From positions 30,001 through 62,000 of the forward strand of contig JAUYHT010000006.1 of the NCBI GenBank assembly GCA_030688545.1: DNA of 32,000 nt. The letters run 5' to 3'. Below, piece after piece: positions 8,890 to 17,458 of the stretch. Positions within the stretch are counted from its first letter, which is position 1. Each line of letters begins with the position of its first letter. Origin of the DNA: Candidatus Iainarchaeum sp. GTDB lineage: Archaea; Iainarchaeota; Iainarchaeia; Iainarchaeales; VGJJ01. The notes beneath the pieces are model-generated. The model saw only the letters and a list, made by a program, of their open reading frames with translations. It was not told the origin of the DNA and ran no database searches. The position numbers and the translations under genes are program-made.

Positions 8890-8948
8890 GCCGGCATAAA
8901 CCCTGACGCGACCTCCCCCCTTTTTTACTCCAGGGAACCCAATCTCTC

Positions 8949-9551
8949 ATGGCCTCTACGAAAAACCAACCGTTATTCATCCCCGTCATCTACGGTTCGG
9001 TCCGCACCGCGCGGCGGGGTATCCGGGCGGCTCGTTTCTGGGTGAATGAAGTGGAGAAGCGCGGGCATGAGAGTGTGTTGGTGGATCCTAAAGAAAAAAA
9101 ATTTGCCTTACCCCTGTTGGACAAGATGTATAAGGAATATCCGAAAGGAAAAGCCCCTGAAAACATGGAGCGCATTGGGAAAATTATGCGTCGGGCGGAT
9201 GCGTATCTCATCGTCTCCGCGGAATACAACCATTCTATTCCCCCCGCGTTGAGCAACACCTTGGACCATTACCTCGAGGAGTATTTTTTCAAGCCCGCGG
9301 GCATCATCACGTATTCCGTGGGAAGTTTTGGAGGCGTGCGCGCCGCGGTGCATCTGCGGGCCATGCTGGGGGAGATGGGGATGCTCACCATCTCCAATAT
9401 GTTCGCCATCCCCAAGGTACAGGAGGCGTTTGATGAGGATGGGAAACCATCCGATGCTAAATATTTCGATCGGTCAAAGAATTTCCTCGAGGAACTGGAA
9501 TGGGTCGCCCGCGCCTTGAAGGCGGCGCGGGAAAAAGGAACGCCGTATTAA
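8949..9551 (+). CDS. NADPH-dependent FMN reductase family protein
   Basis: 200 aa. IPVIYGSVRTARRGIRAARFW...ADAYLIVSAEYNHSIPPALSNTLDH matches the flavodoxin-like FMN_red pattern. Confidence 0.75.
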   Translation: MASTKNQPLFIPVIYGSVRTARRGIRAARFWVNEVEKRGHESVLVDPKEKKFALPLLDKMYKEYPKGKAPENMERIGKIMRRADAYLIVSAEYNHSIPPALSNTLDHYLEEYFFKPAGIITYSVGSFGGVRAAVHLRAMLGEMGMLTISNMFAIPKVQEAFDEDGKPSDAKYFDRSKNFLEELEWVARALKAAREKGTPY

Positions 9552-9599
9552 TTCGATCCATAAAATAAAGACCGGAGAAAATCCATAAGGAAAAATCCA

Positions 9600-9608
9600 T
9601 TTTTTTTT
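9600..9608. terminator. Oligo-T tract (T9) between convergent genes
   Basis: A run of 9 T at 9600-9608 lies between the 8949..9551 (+) and 9680..10156 (-) genes. Oligo-T is the usual archaeal intrinsic termination signal. Confidence 0.4.
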
Positions 9609-9679
9609 AAATATTCCATATTTAGATAGCCCTAATTAATGATCCTTTTCTCAATGGAGACACCTTCAATTGTACAATT

Positions 9680-10156
9680 CTACAAGTAGGTCTTGCGCAA
9701 TTCCTCTAATGCGTTCTCTATATTCTGGGTGGAGGAGATGACCCCGCGGGAGATCCAGTAGTTATAGGAGGCCACCACGTCCAATGGTTCGGCATCCGGC
9801 GCGGGGTTGAAGCGGTAGTGTTGTTTTTCGCGAACCAGTAAACGTGAATCCAGGAGGCGTTTGAGATGGTAGCGCAGGAGTTTCTCGGAGATGGCTTCTC
9901 CCGTCTTGTCAAGGATAAACTGTTGAATCTCCTTAGTTGTGGGCGCGGCCTTTTGAGAGAGGTGGAAATGGAATAAGGCATCCATCACATCTAAGATGGT
10001 CTGCCGGGACTCCTGTTCTGAAAGGAGACCGGAGGCGAGGGCGAACCAGCGGAGGAGACCGCGCTTAGTCATCCTAACCTGAGGGGGGAGGTCCACTTCC
10101 TTGATGGTGAAGGTGCGCCGCACCAAATCCGCTTCGGGAAGCCTTATCTTCGACAT
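9680..10156 (-). CDS. Hypothetical winged-helix DNA-binding protein
   Basis: ATG at 10156 (MSKIRLPEADL...) has GGAGGA 7 nt upstream; the track start at 10171 is TTG. The segment TTKEIQQFILDKTGEAISEKLLRYHLKRLLDSRLLVREKQHYRFNP looks like a wHTH. It is divergent from the 10328-12058 orphan operon. Confidence 0.5.
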   Translation of the reverse strand: MSKIRLPEADLVRRTFTIKEVDLPPQVRMTKRGLLRWFALASGLLSEQESRQTILDVMDALFHFHLSQKAAPTTKEIQQFILDKTGEAISEKLLRYHLKRLLDSRLLVREKQHYRFNPAPDAEPLDVVASYNYWISRGVISSTQNIENALEELRKTYL

Positions 10157-10327
10157 AATAGATTCCTCCAAAATAGTATTTCCTTCGGAAAGAAATTCTT
10201 TTTCTTAATAAACCTCTCCTTACGCCTACCAACCATTGGTTTTCTCCCCTCCAAGGCCCTAAATTAAAATAGGAGGATAGCCTGTTTGGTTAATCCTACA
10301 TTGTTAGGAAGAGAGGGGGAATCATTC

Positions 10328-10687
10328 ATGGTAACTATTCGAACCAGTTTTTTGCCCTTGCGGCTCGTCGCGGCGCGGAAGGAACCCGTGCAATTGACGG
10401 TTGATATTATCAATAACCATCCCGAGACAAAAGCGTATTCTATTGAAGTGGAATTGCCCCGGGGATTAGCATTGGATCGGGCGGGACCCAAGGCCTCGGA
10501 TAGAAAACAGGTGGGGGAACTCCCCCCCTCTCAGGAGAAGCGACTCTACTATAGTATTTTCGCCAAGGCCGGAGTGGATGCGGATGAATACCCGATCACT
10601 GTCATCGTCCATGAACACCGCAAGGGCAGCCGGGACGTGATCCAATCCTTTACTAAGGAAATTTCCCTCATGGCCCAAAACCGATAA
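10328..10687 (+). CDS. Hypothetical small protein with a beta-rich look
   Basis: ATG 10328 (MVTIRTSFLPLRL...) is preceded by GAGGGGGA. The alternating pattern (VQLTVDIINN, YSIEVELP, YPITVIVHE) suggests a beta-sandwich. No family recognised. Confidence 0.45.
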   Translation: MVTIRTSFLPLRLVAARKEPVQLTVDIINNHPETKAYSIEVELPRGLALDRAGPKASDRKQVGELPPSQEKRLYYSIFAKAGVDADEYPITVIVHEHRKGSRDVIQSFTKEISLMAQNR

Positions 10688-10711
10688 ATAGCGGGGAGAT
10701 ATAGTAATAGC

Positions 10712-11002
10712 ATGCCCCCTATTCCATTCAAAGAAATATCCTGGAAGGACGCCCTCGCCGAGGGAGAAAAACGCATCCAGGAACGCTTCCTCGACGCATT
10801 AGTGCGCATGGATTCCCGCTCCCGGGCAGGGATGCTGGCCCAGAGGGAAAGGCTGGACGCCCAAATCAGGGAAGCCATTTCCAAAGAACAAGCCCTTCGA
10901 TTCCCCCGCCTCTTCCGGAAGCAGGTGCACCTCCTCTGGCAAATCGAAAGGGCCCAATCTATTATGGATTTTTCACCCGCATCCAAACCCATGCCCGCCT
11001 GA
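10712..11002 (+). CDS. Hypothetical protein
   Basis: 96-aa ORF beginning MPPIPFKE. The A/T box gataaata (10683-10690) is centred 25 nt upstream. Confidence 0.4.
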   Translation: MPPIPFKEISWKDALAEGEKRIQERFLDALVRMDSRSRAGMLAQRERLDAQIREAISKEQALRFPRLFRKQVHLLWQIERAQSIMDFSPASKPMPA

Positions 11003-11028
11003 TGAGAACGGCCATTTGGTAAACAACC

Positions 11029-11038
11029 TTTTTTATTT
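11029..11038 (+). promoter_or_regulatory. TATA-like A/T box
   Basis: The box ttttttattt is centred 25 nt upstream of ATG 11059, with no SD. Confidence 0.5.
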
Positions 11039-11058
11039 CCAGGTCTCGTGGGGATAGC

Positions 11059-11775
11059 ATGCCCGTTCCTCAACCCTCTAAGCGCGAACTCGAGGAAGCC
11101 AGACGATGGAATGGATACCGGAATTCCCTTTTCAGGGCGACTAAATTGGTGATTCCCAAAAATAAAATGACGGATAACGAATTGTGGCAACTCATTCACC
11201 TCATGGGGGAAGAAACGAAAGCGTATGTTCGTGTGCTCTCTCAGAGCCGCGTGTTCTCGACGGCGGATGCCAAACGAAAAGCCATCGCTATCATGAGCTA
11301 CCCGGAGAATCTTCACAATAATGGATTCATCCCGCCCCGTTTAATATTAGACGTCCGGGAAATCATGGACAATTTCCATAGGCAATACGCCCAGGCGTTT
11401 CCCCACCACCTAACCCTTCAAGCCTACCTCCCTCAAATCTCCCAAGAGGCCACGCGTCGACGGAGAGGGAGGCAGGTGCGTACGATAAAAGCCTTCATGG
11501 AGAAAGCGCGAGGACCCCACAACGAAGAATATACTATCACAAAGAGAAGCATCTTTGACCGGCGGCCCTTGTTGTCCCAAATACCGGAGAAACAGTGGCA
11601 TTACCTCCAGGCCGCCGCCACGCGAGACTATGATGCAAATCCGCGACAGCGCCAGAAGAAGGCGGGGTTATCTGCCATGAATATTTTACTCACCAAGATG
11701 AACGTGATGGGGGTCCTCCGACCCCCCCGGCGCCGGGACAAGAAGCAGCAACAATTGAACCTCCCTTTCCATTGA
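11059..11775 (+). CDS. Hypothetical basic protein
   Basis: 238-aa ORF beginning MPVPQPSKRELEEARR and ending with the basic tail PPRRRDKKQQQ. The A/T box ttttttattt (11029-11038) is centred 25 nt upstream. Confidence 0.5.
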   Translation: MPVPQPSKRELEEARRWNGYRNSLFRATKLVIPKNKMTDNELWQLIHLMGEETKAYVRVLSQSRVFSTADAKRKAIAIMSYPENLHNNGFIPPRLILDVREIMDNFHRQYAQAFPHHLTLQAYLPQISQEATRRRRGRQVRTIKAFMEKARGPHNEEYTITKRSIFDRRPLLSQIPEKQWHYLQAAATRDYDANPRQRQKKAGLSAMNILLTKMNVMGVLRPPRRRDKKQQQLNLPFH

Positions 11776-11809
11776 GAAGGATTTTAAGGGAGGATTTTTT
11801 CCACCCATC

Positions 11810-12058
11810 ATGAAACAGAAGTACAAATACACCGAGGCCACCCGCGTCCTCACCCAAGCAGGAATGTCAGTGGGAGAATATGCCCGCTACGTGGACACCC
11901 GGGGGATGATACGGTTTGTCCCACGTAAAGTAGGAGAATGGAGCGTCCGCAACCATGGCTGGAGGGAAGTTTCCCGCACGGAAGCGGAAAGGATCCAGCG
12001 CGCCAACGCCGGGCTAAACCGCCAATACATGAAGCCGCGCCAAAGGAAATATTTTTAG
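11810..12058 (+). CDS. Hypothetical small basic protein
   Basis: 82-aa ORF with GGGAGGA upstream. It is the last gene of the same-strand run 10328-12058. Confidence 0.4.
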   Translation: MKQKYKYTEATRVLTQAGMSVGEYARYVDTRGMIRFVPRKVGEWSVRNHGWREVSRTEAERIQRANAGLNRQYMKPRQRKYF

Positions 12059-12134
12059 GGATGATATTTGATCCAAAAGGACGTGTAAAAACACCCATTT
12101 TAGGACAGTCAAAACTATTTAGGCCAAGCCAAAA

Positions 12135-12458
12135 CTATTTTTTCTTCCAAAAAATGATCCGCAATAACACCACCGCCCCTATGGCCCCCAGTATCATGAA
12201 GACGATTTGGGCGCCGGGAAAGGTGGCCCAAAACCCCTGGGCCACGAAGGTAGCTAGTACACCCATGAGTACGGCCAGGGAGATCTGTTGAGTGTGATTA
12301 AACTGGTCAATGGGGTAGTGCCCATGGTAAAAATGCGTGGTCACCAAGAAGGTTGCCAGGATAACAATCACCACCCACATCAAGAGGTGCAGGCCAAACA
12401 ATCCAAATCCAACAGCCAGGAGGGCGAGGAACCAGAAAATTTCATCGTGCAGGTCCAT
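12135..12458 (-). CDS. Small integral membrane protein with 3-4 predicted TM segments
   Basis: 107 aa with clear hydrophobic segments (FWFLALLAVGFGLFGLHLLMWVVIVILATFLV, ISLAVLMGVLATFVAQGFW, IVFMILGAIGAVVLLRIIFW). Confidence 0.55.
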   Translation of the reverse strand: MDLHDEIFWFLALLAVGFGLFGLHLLMWVVIVILATFLVTTHFYHGHYPIDQFNHTQQISLAVLMGVLATFVAQGFWATFPGAQIVFMILGAIGAVVLLRIIFWKKK

Positions 12459-13555
12459 ACTCTATTTTCCTTTACCGGATGTTAAAAGCTGCCAGGTTTG
12501 TTTTCCCTTAATTATTCCTGCCCACTAAATACTACATAAATGATAACTTTATTTCGATCATCAAAACCCCGTTAATTTTCAACTCCATTTCCAGCCCCAT
12601 CTCCAAATATTTCAAAAAAATCAATTTACAAAATTCCCCTATTGTAGAGATACAGGATAATTGTGATTATCCGGCATATTAGGGGAATAATGGGGGTCTC
12701 CAAATGAAAAAGGGCTAAGAAAGGGCAATAATGGTCAAATTCGATGAAACGAAACAAAAATCATGGGCATCTTCAAGAAGGGTCAATCCTATTGAAAAAG
12801 CTCGTATAACGCTTATCTGATTAGCAGGTGAAATAAATAGAAGCGGGATAATTCGTCGAATGGTGGTTTATCACGGTTTTTTGTTTCAAGGGGGCTCAAG
12901 GTGGAAAATGTTAATTCAATTTGTAAGTTATGTATAAGTATGAGGAATAGTTCAAAGGTTGGGATTTTTTTGGGGAAGAAAGTTTACCCTTAATCGGAGA
13001 AATTTTTCTTTTGCCAAATTTTCAGGTGGAAGATAAAAAACAATTAATTTAGTTTCAGGCACCGGGTTAACGAGAAGACGGCCATCCAAAGTCGATGTAT
13101 TTTCAAGTGCCTTCCCTCACGAATCACCGAGGGAAACACCCCACCAGAAAATACCATTTAACATATCTGCCGCGATATCTAATCTGTTGTGTTCAATTTT
13201 TTGATAGAGTTTAAAGATACTTCCTACTTTGCCACATTTTTGAAAATCCTTGAATCCATAGAATTACCTTGGAACGGATAGATACTGCATGAAATGGATA
13301 GATACGGCATTAAATTGAAAGGAATATTATTTTGGCTTAACTAATATATTATTTCCATCATTTGGGGTCCTCAGGAGTACTCATCTACTCGTTTCGGTGT
13401 ATCATGCCCTCCATCTCTCCGAAAGGCTAACTGGATTACAATTCCATGCCAGAGGCATTGCAGAAGAAAAAGTTCCAATCCCCTTTGGCTAAGCGGCGAT
13501 GAACCAGAAGTGATTCACCCTTTCGTTTAAATGGAATAAAGCCCAATGCAATCCC
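12459..13555. other. 1.1-kb AT-rich region with no ORF of 60 codons or more in any frame
   Basis: The supplied six-frame track has no ORF starting inside 12529-13555. Only broken short frames are present. The region contains the inverted repeat GGATAAT-tgtg-ATTATCC (12655-12672) and a 15-nt direct repeat with a 20-nt period (13276-13310). Confidence 0.6.
13276..13310. repeat. Direct repeat GGATAGATAC(T/G)GCAT in two copies 20 nt apart
   Basis: Copies at 13276-13290 and 13296-13310 are identical at 14 of 15 positions. They lie about 250 nt upstream of the 13556 gene. Confidence 0.7.
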
Positions 13556-13975
13556 ATGGCTTCCTGGAGAAATCGATTCAGTCAGTTTCTAAGGAAAAAA
13601 TTGGAAAACCTAAAGCGAAAACGTCTTGATCGCCGAGCGATGCGCGAGTCGACACGACCTCGTCTTTCGCCTCGATCCAGAATTAACCGGAATATAGCTC
13701 GCAAAGCCGTCGAAGAAATAAATAAAAACTGGGCAAATGACCCAACCCTCATCAGTTTAACCCAATATCTCGTGATGGCTGAAAAAGCGAAGAAAACAGA
13801 AAATGGGGACAAGGAAGGCGCACCCAAAGAAAATGGGCAACCGGAAAATGACCCCAATTTTAACCAGGCCATTATGGCACTAAGGGTTGACCTTCGCCAC
13901 CGTGGAGTTTCAAATGATCTCGAGGTCGCCATGAAAATTCTTGAAAATATAAAACGGGCCCTTCACAAATTCTAA
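13556..13975 (+). CDS. Hypothetical basic protein
   Basis: 139-aa ORF beginning MASWRNRFSQFLRKKLENLKRKRLDRR. The A/T box gtttaaatgg (13525-13534) is centred 27 nt upstream. Confidence 0.45.
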   Translation: MASWRNRFSQFLRKKLENLKRKRLDRRAMRESTRPRLSPRSRINRNIARKAVEEINKNWANDPTLISLTQYLVMAEKAKKTENGDKEGAPKENGQPENDPNFNQAIMALRVDLRHRGVSNDLEVAMKILENIKRALHKF

Positions 13976-14068
13976 AGAACAACCCATTATCGACAATAAA
14001 AAAGGGGACCCAAATTAAGGTGGACGGCATTTAGATAGAAAACAACCGCTTGGTCAAAGCCGGAAAAC

Positions 14069-14081
14069 TTTTTTTCTTTTT
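14069..14081 (+). terminator. Oligo-T tracts (T7-C-T5) downstream of the 13556..13975 gene
   Basis: The sequence tttttttcttttt at 14069-14081 lies 94 nt after the stop. Confidence 0.35.
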
Positions 14082-14100
14082 CCAAAAGTGTTTCAGTCGG

Positions 14101-14109
14101 TTTTATTTA
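14101..14109 (+). promoter_or_regulatory. TATA-like A/T box
   Basis: The box ttttattta is centred 27 nt upstream of ATG 14132, with no SD. Confidence 0.5.
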
Positions 14110-14131
14110 GCCCCGCGCGATTCCCTCTTCT

Positions 14132-15598
14132 ATGCGCTTCCCTCAATCGTGGCCTTTCCGTTTAGCTTTACTCTTTACCCTCATTTGGACGATATGGGTG
14201 GGGTATTGGTGGGTTCAGACACCCCTGATTGGCACTGGGGATGCGGCCAGCTATGTGTGTTCAGCCCAATCCATTATGGAAAATGGATTCTTTCCCGGGG
14301 AATGGTACCCTAGCGGATTTGGGTTTTCCCTTCTGATCGCCGCCCTGCATCTGGGGGGGATGGAATGGGTGACGGCGGCGCGCCTCCTATCTTTCTTGTT
14401 GGGGGCCGCGGCCATCCCTTTAGCAGGAGCGGTTCTATCGCGTTTCTTTCAGGACGATCGAGCGTATGTCCTGGTACTTCCCTTATTCCTCCTCCCCGAG
14501 TATATCCATCATGCTCTCTTGGGGTATGTGGGAACGGTGTCTTTCTTCTTTCTTTTCGCTTCTCTTTTTCTCTTACAACGCGCTCAAGATGCGCCCCACG
14601 AAAGAAAAGACTCATCCCTCTGGCAAGCCGCGGGACTGTTTGGTTTTTCCCTGTGGACACGCCTGGCGACCCTGGCCTTTCTCCCTTTTTTCTGGACAAA
14701 AACAAAAAATATCCCTCCCAGGAAAAAAACAGTGTTCGGCGCCATCATCCTCTTTTTCGCTCTCCTATTTTTTGTCGCACTGGCGTTCAACCAGAGGGAC
14801 GACACCTCGCTGCGCTATCTTAGTGTTTCAGATTTTGCCAATGTCATCATCCCCAATGCGGTCATGTATCTTCTACAAATTTCCTATACCTTTCCATTCC
14901 TCCTGTTCACCTTCCTCCTGTGGCCGCTCGCATTGAAACCAGGGCAGGTGAAGGACATGCTCTGGTGGTTCCTCCCCTCCATCCTATTCCTTCTGCTCTT
15001 CCCTCTCGGGAACAACCTATATTATGTGTTCCCCCTCCTCCCATTCTTCCTCGTGGCCGGGTTCAAGTCCGTGGAAGGGGTGGTGAATCGTATCCATTCC
15101 CCTCAAACGGGGAGAATGGTGCTCCTTGTCTTGCTTATCCTCCAATTCCTCTGGCTGGCCCCTGCTTTAACCCAAGTGGGAGATCGCGTTTATCGTTATC
15201 AGGATTTCCATGCCGGTTTTCAGTATATCCAATCCAATGCCCCCGCAGATGCCCTCATCATCACGGGTCGGGAAGGCGAATCCATGGGAGTTTTCTTTCA
15301 GAATTGGGGGAGTTGTGACCAGGGGAATAAACCAGAAATGCTCGTGCACCCTTACACGGTTACCCACCTTTTCAACAATAAAGATATGAACGCGCACCGC
15401 GCATACGAAGAAGCCCGGCTCCAAACCGCTTTGAATTCCAATCGCACCGTCTGGATTACCTCCGAGGCCTATTGGTTTGCCCGAGAGGGATGGTGTCCGG
15501 TGTTAGATTGTATTCCCCTCCCTGAAGCTCCAACCCAACCCATTTGGGAGTATCGCAGCTATGCCATCTATTCCAGTTCCATTCCCCCAACCAATTAA
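14132..15598 (+). CDS. Polytopic membrane protein, putative GT-C-fold glycosyltransferase (ArnT/PMT_2-like)
   Basis: 488 aa with more than 10 hydrophobic segments. An early loop has acidic/aromatic residues (GTGDAASYV) and there is a soluble C-terminal domain. It lies in a glycosyltransferase neighbourhood. The A/T box ttttattta (14101-14109) is centred 27 nt upstream. Confidence 0.55.
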   Translation: MRFPQSWPFRLALLFTLIWTIWVGYWWVQTPLIGTGDAASYVCSAQSIMENGFFPGEWYPSGFGFSLLIAALHLGGMEWVTAARLLSFLLGAAAIPLAGAVLSRFFQDDRAYVLVLPLFLLPEYIHHALLGYVGTVSFFFLFASLFLLQRAQDAPHERKDSSLWQAAGLFGFSLWTRLATLAFLPFFWTKTKNIPPRKKTVFGAIILFFALLFFVALAFNQRDDTSLRYLSVSDFANVIIPNAVMYLLQISYTFPFLLFTFLLWPLALKPGQVKDMLWWFLPSILFLLLFPLGNNLYYVFPLLPFFLVAGFKSVEGVVNRIHSPQTGRMVLLVLLILQFLWLAPALTQVGDRVYRYQDFHAGFQYIQSNAPADALIITGREGESMGVFFQNWGSCDQGNKPEMLVHPYTVTHLFNNKDMNAHRAYEEARLQTALNSNRTVWITSEAYWFAREGWCPVLDCIPLPEAPTQPIWEYRSYAIYSSSIPPTN

Positions 15599-15721
15599 TC
15601 TGGTTACGCGCGACCAATCCAAAAAAATGACCAACCCTTAATAATGACCAGCCACTCACTCCCCTTGCGTGGAAATGCCTATTACAAGTGAGCGGAAAAA
15701 AAAGTTGATCGATTCATTTAA

Positions 15722-17440
15722 TTATTCAATCATTTTTCCAATCCCGATGCCGTAAATGGTATCTTCCAATATCAGTACGTCCAGGCACGTGGGGTCGCGG
15801 AACTCCATTCGACTTTGTTCAAAAAATTCGGGGTATCCATGATCCAATTGGATTGAATTCAATTGGAATTTCCAGAATAAGATGTGGGTAATCCCTTTAT
15901 CCCGCCAAAAATCGCACGGGGGCTGTTCATAGGATGAAAACGAGGTGTGGTCATAGAGAGTTATTTTCTCAAATCCGCGGCGGATGGGATTGATGTTATT
16001 CATGAAGAATAGGGTGGTTTCTCCCGTGTTCGGAATGTATTTATTCATGGTGTCGTAGTAGTTCAATATCCCAAAATGGTACCCGGAATTCAGGAATACT
16101 AGAGTGAGAAAACCCGAGTAGAAACCAGCAATCACGATGCCGATAATAAATAGGGTCCCGAGATGGCGGGTAATGGATGTCGTTTTCGCTAGTAATTCAA
16201 GCGTCCGCGCAATCATGAGGCTGGTCAAGCCGATGAAGGCGAAGACGTAAATCGAGAGGTGGGTGTAGGTATACGCGTACAAATCAGTCAGTCCCAACGC
16301 CAATAGGAACGCACCTAGTGCGACCCATAAGATAGTGGCCAACATGCGCGTTCCATTATCGCGCCAAATCAAGTAGAGGGCAGCTGCTAATCCCACCCCC
16401 CAAACGCTTACAATCACGCTTTCCATTCCGGAGGACATTAACGCCAACCGTTGCGCCATGGAAATGGGGGTAGCCTGATAATACACCGCTTGCGTGATTT
16501 TCAATTCCGAGAGAATGTCAAACCCGCGCCACATGGCTGGGAGAAAATTCAATCCAACCCCCACCGCTCCACTCCCAGCGATAATTGCCATTTCCTTCCA
16601 TCGTTTAGAATACCACGCGTACACCATTCCTGCCGCCAGCACGACTACGACGGCATTGATTTTGGTCAAAGACAGGCTCAAGGGTAAAAGCACGAGTAGC
16701 CATGCCGGTCGGGACTGCTCGAGCAACACGGAAAGAAAACACAGGAAGAGGAAGAAAATGGTCTGTTCCACGAAAAAGGCTTTGGTCAAGCCCAACGTGG
16801 TACTAAAACCCAAAAACAGGAGGCCAGCCAACCAGGGATGGTGGATTCCGCTTTGCGCGGATAACCGGCCCAACATTCCGACGGTGCCCATAACGATCAA
16901 GAGTTGCAGGAATCCCTGCGAATAGGGTACCAGCGCGTGGGCCAACCCGAACACCATCTCTACTCCCTTGGGGAATATGAGATGAACATGATCCACCCAG
17001 TTAGTGGGTTCAATAGGCAGGGCAATCTGGCCATCCGCGGCGAACGAATCTATGAAGATGCCATGATAGGATAGCGTGTCGAATGAAAAATCGGGATATC
17101 CGAGCAGCGCAATGGCAAAAATGACCAGGAACGTGAGGAGGATGATGAACGAGGGGGTCCATTTGAATCGGGGGAATGGGAACCGGGATCGGCCGTCCAT
17201 CACCCACATACTCACGAAAAGCAGCCCTCCCGCCAGGAGAAAGGGTGGGGGAATGGGTATCCAGGTGGTGACAATGCTGAAAAGCACGGTCATGCCAGCC
17301 ACCGAAAGGCCAAAGGCCATCGCGGGGTGGTGAAAGGGTTTTGTTAATCGCCGGGTGAGGAGCGTCCCGGCACAGTAAAACCATCCGAAAGACGCCAGTA
17401 TCCCTAGAATAAGTGCCATCATGCCGCATTCCCCGGGCAT
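15722..17440 (-). CDS. Polytopic membrane protein, putative GT-C-like glycosyltransferase or polymerase
   Basis: 572 aa with about 14 hydrophobic segments and a soluble C-terminal domain. It starts 18 nt downstream of the GT2 gene on the same strand, so the two probably form an operon. No AglB-type WWDxG motif is present. Confidence 0.55.
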   Translation of the reverse strand: MPGECGMMALILGILASFGWFYCAGTLLTRRLTKPFHHPAMAFGLSVAGMTVLFSIVTTWIPIPPPFLLAGGLLFVSMWVMDGRSRFPFPRFKWTPSFIILLTFLVIFAIALLGYPDFSFDTLSYHGIFIDSFAADGQIALPIEPTNWVDHVHLIFPKGVEMVFGLAHALVPYSQGFLQLLIVMGTVGMLGRLSAQSGIHHPWLAGLLFLGFSTTLGLTKAFFVEQTIFFLFLCFLSVLLEQSRPAWLLVLLPLSLSLTKINAVVVVLAAGMVYAWYSKRWKEMAIIAGSGAVGVGLNFLPAMWRGFDILSELKITQAVYYQATPISMAQRLALMSSGMESVIVSVWGVGLAAALYLIWRDNGTRMLATILWVALGAFLLALGLTDLYAYTYTHLSIYVFAFIGLTSLMIARTLELLAKTTSITRHLGTLFIIGIVIAGFYSGFLTLVFLNSGYHFGILNYYDTMNKYIPNTGETTLFFMNNINPIRRGFEKITLYDHTSFSSYEQPPCDFWRDKGITHILFWKFQLNSIQLDHGYPEFFEQSRMEFRDPTCLDVLILEDTIYGIGIGKMIE

Positions 17441-17458
17441 GGAGGAGTCTTCTGATTT

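Noticed and set aside
10549-11316. 255-aa minus-strand ORF spanning three plus-strand orphan genes
   Set aside because: Its sequence is Arg/Ser-rich and low-information, and it has no upstream A/T box or SD. The plus-strand genes each have start-proximal signals (SD or an A/T box at -25) and more protein-like composition. This remains the least certain rejection.
12110-12140. 11-nt direct repeat CAAAACTATTT in two copies (12110-12120 and 12130-12140) with a 20-nt period
   Set aside because: It is short, A/T-rich and sits in a convergent terminator-like spacer, and the second copy overlaps the stop codon of the 12135..12458 gene. Chance or termination-related sequence is more likely than a dedicated site.
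12741-12950. Possible remnant of an IS630-type transposase HTH (EKARITLI*LAGEINRSGIIRRM...)
   Set aside because: The resemblance to the ARIILL-AEG-S...IA pattern is short and interrupted by stops. No DDE-domain remnants or terminal inverted repeats could be identified by eye. I kept it only as one hypothesis for the ORF-free region.
14365-15318. Plus-strand alternative-frame ORFs (152, 156 and 132 aa) and the 14310..14705 minus ORF
   Set aside because: They are out-of-frame or antisense overlaps of the 488-aa polytopic membrane protein. Their sequences are Pro/Arg/Ser-rich with no hydrophobic periodicity.
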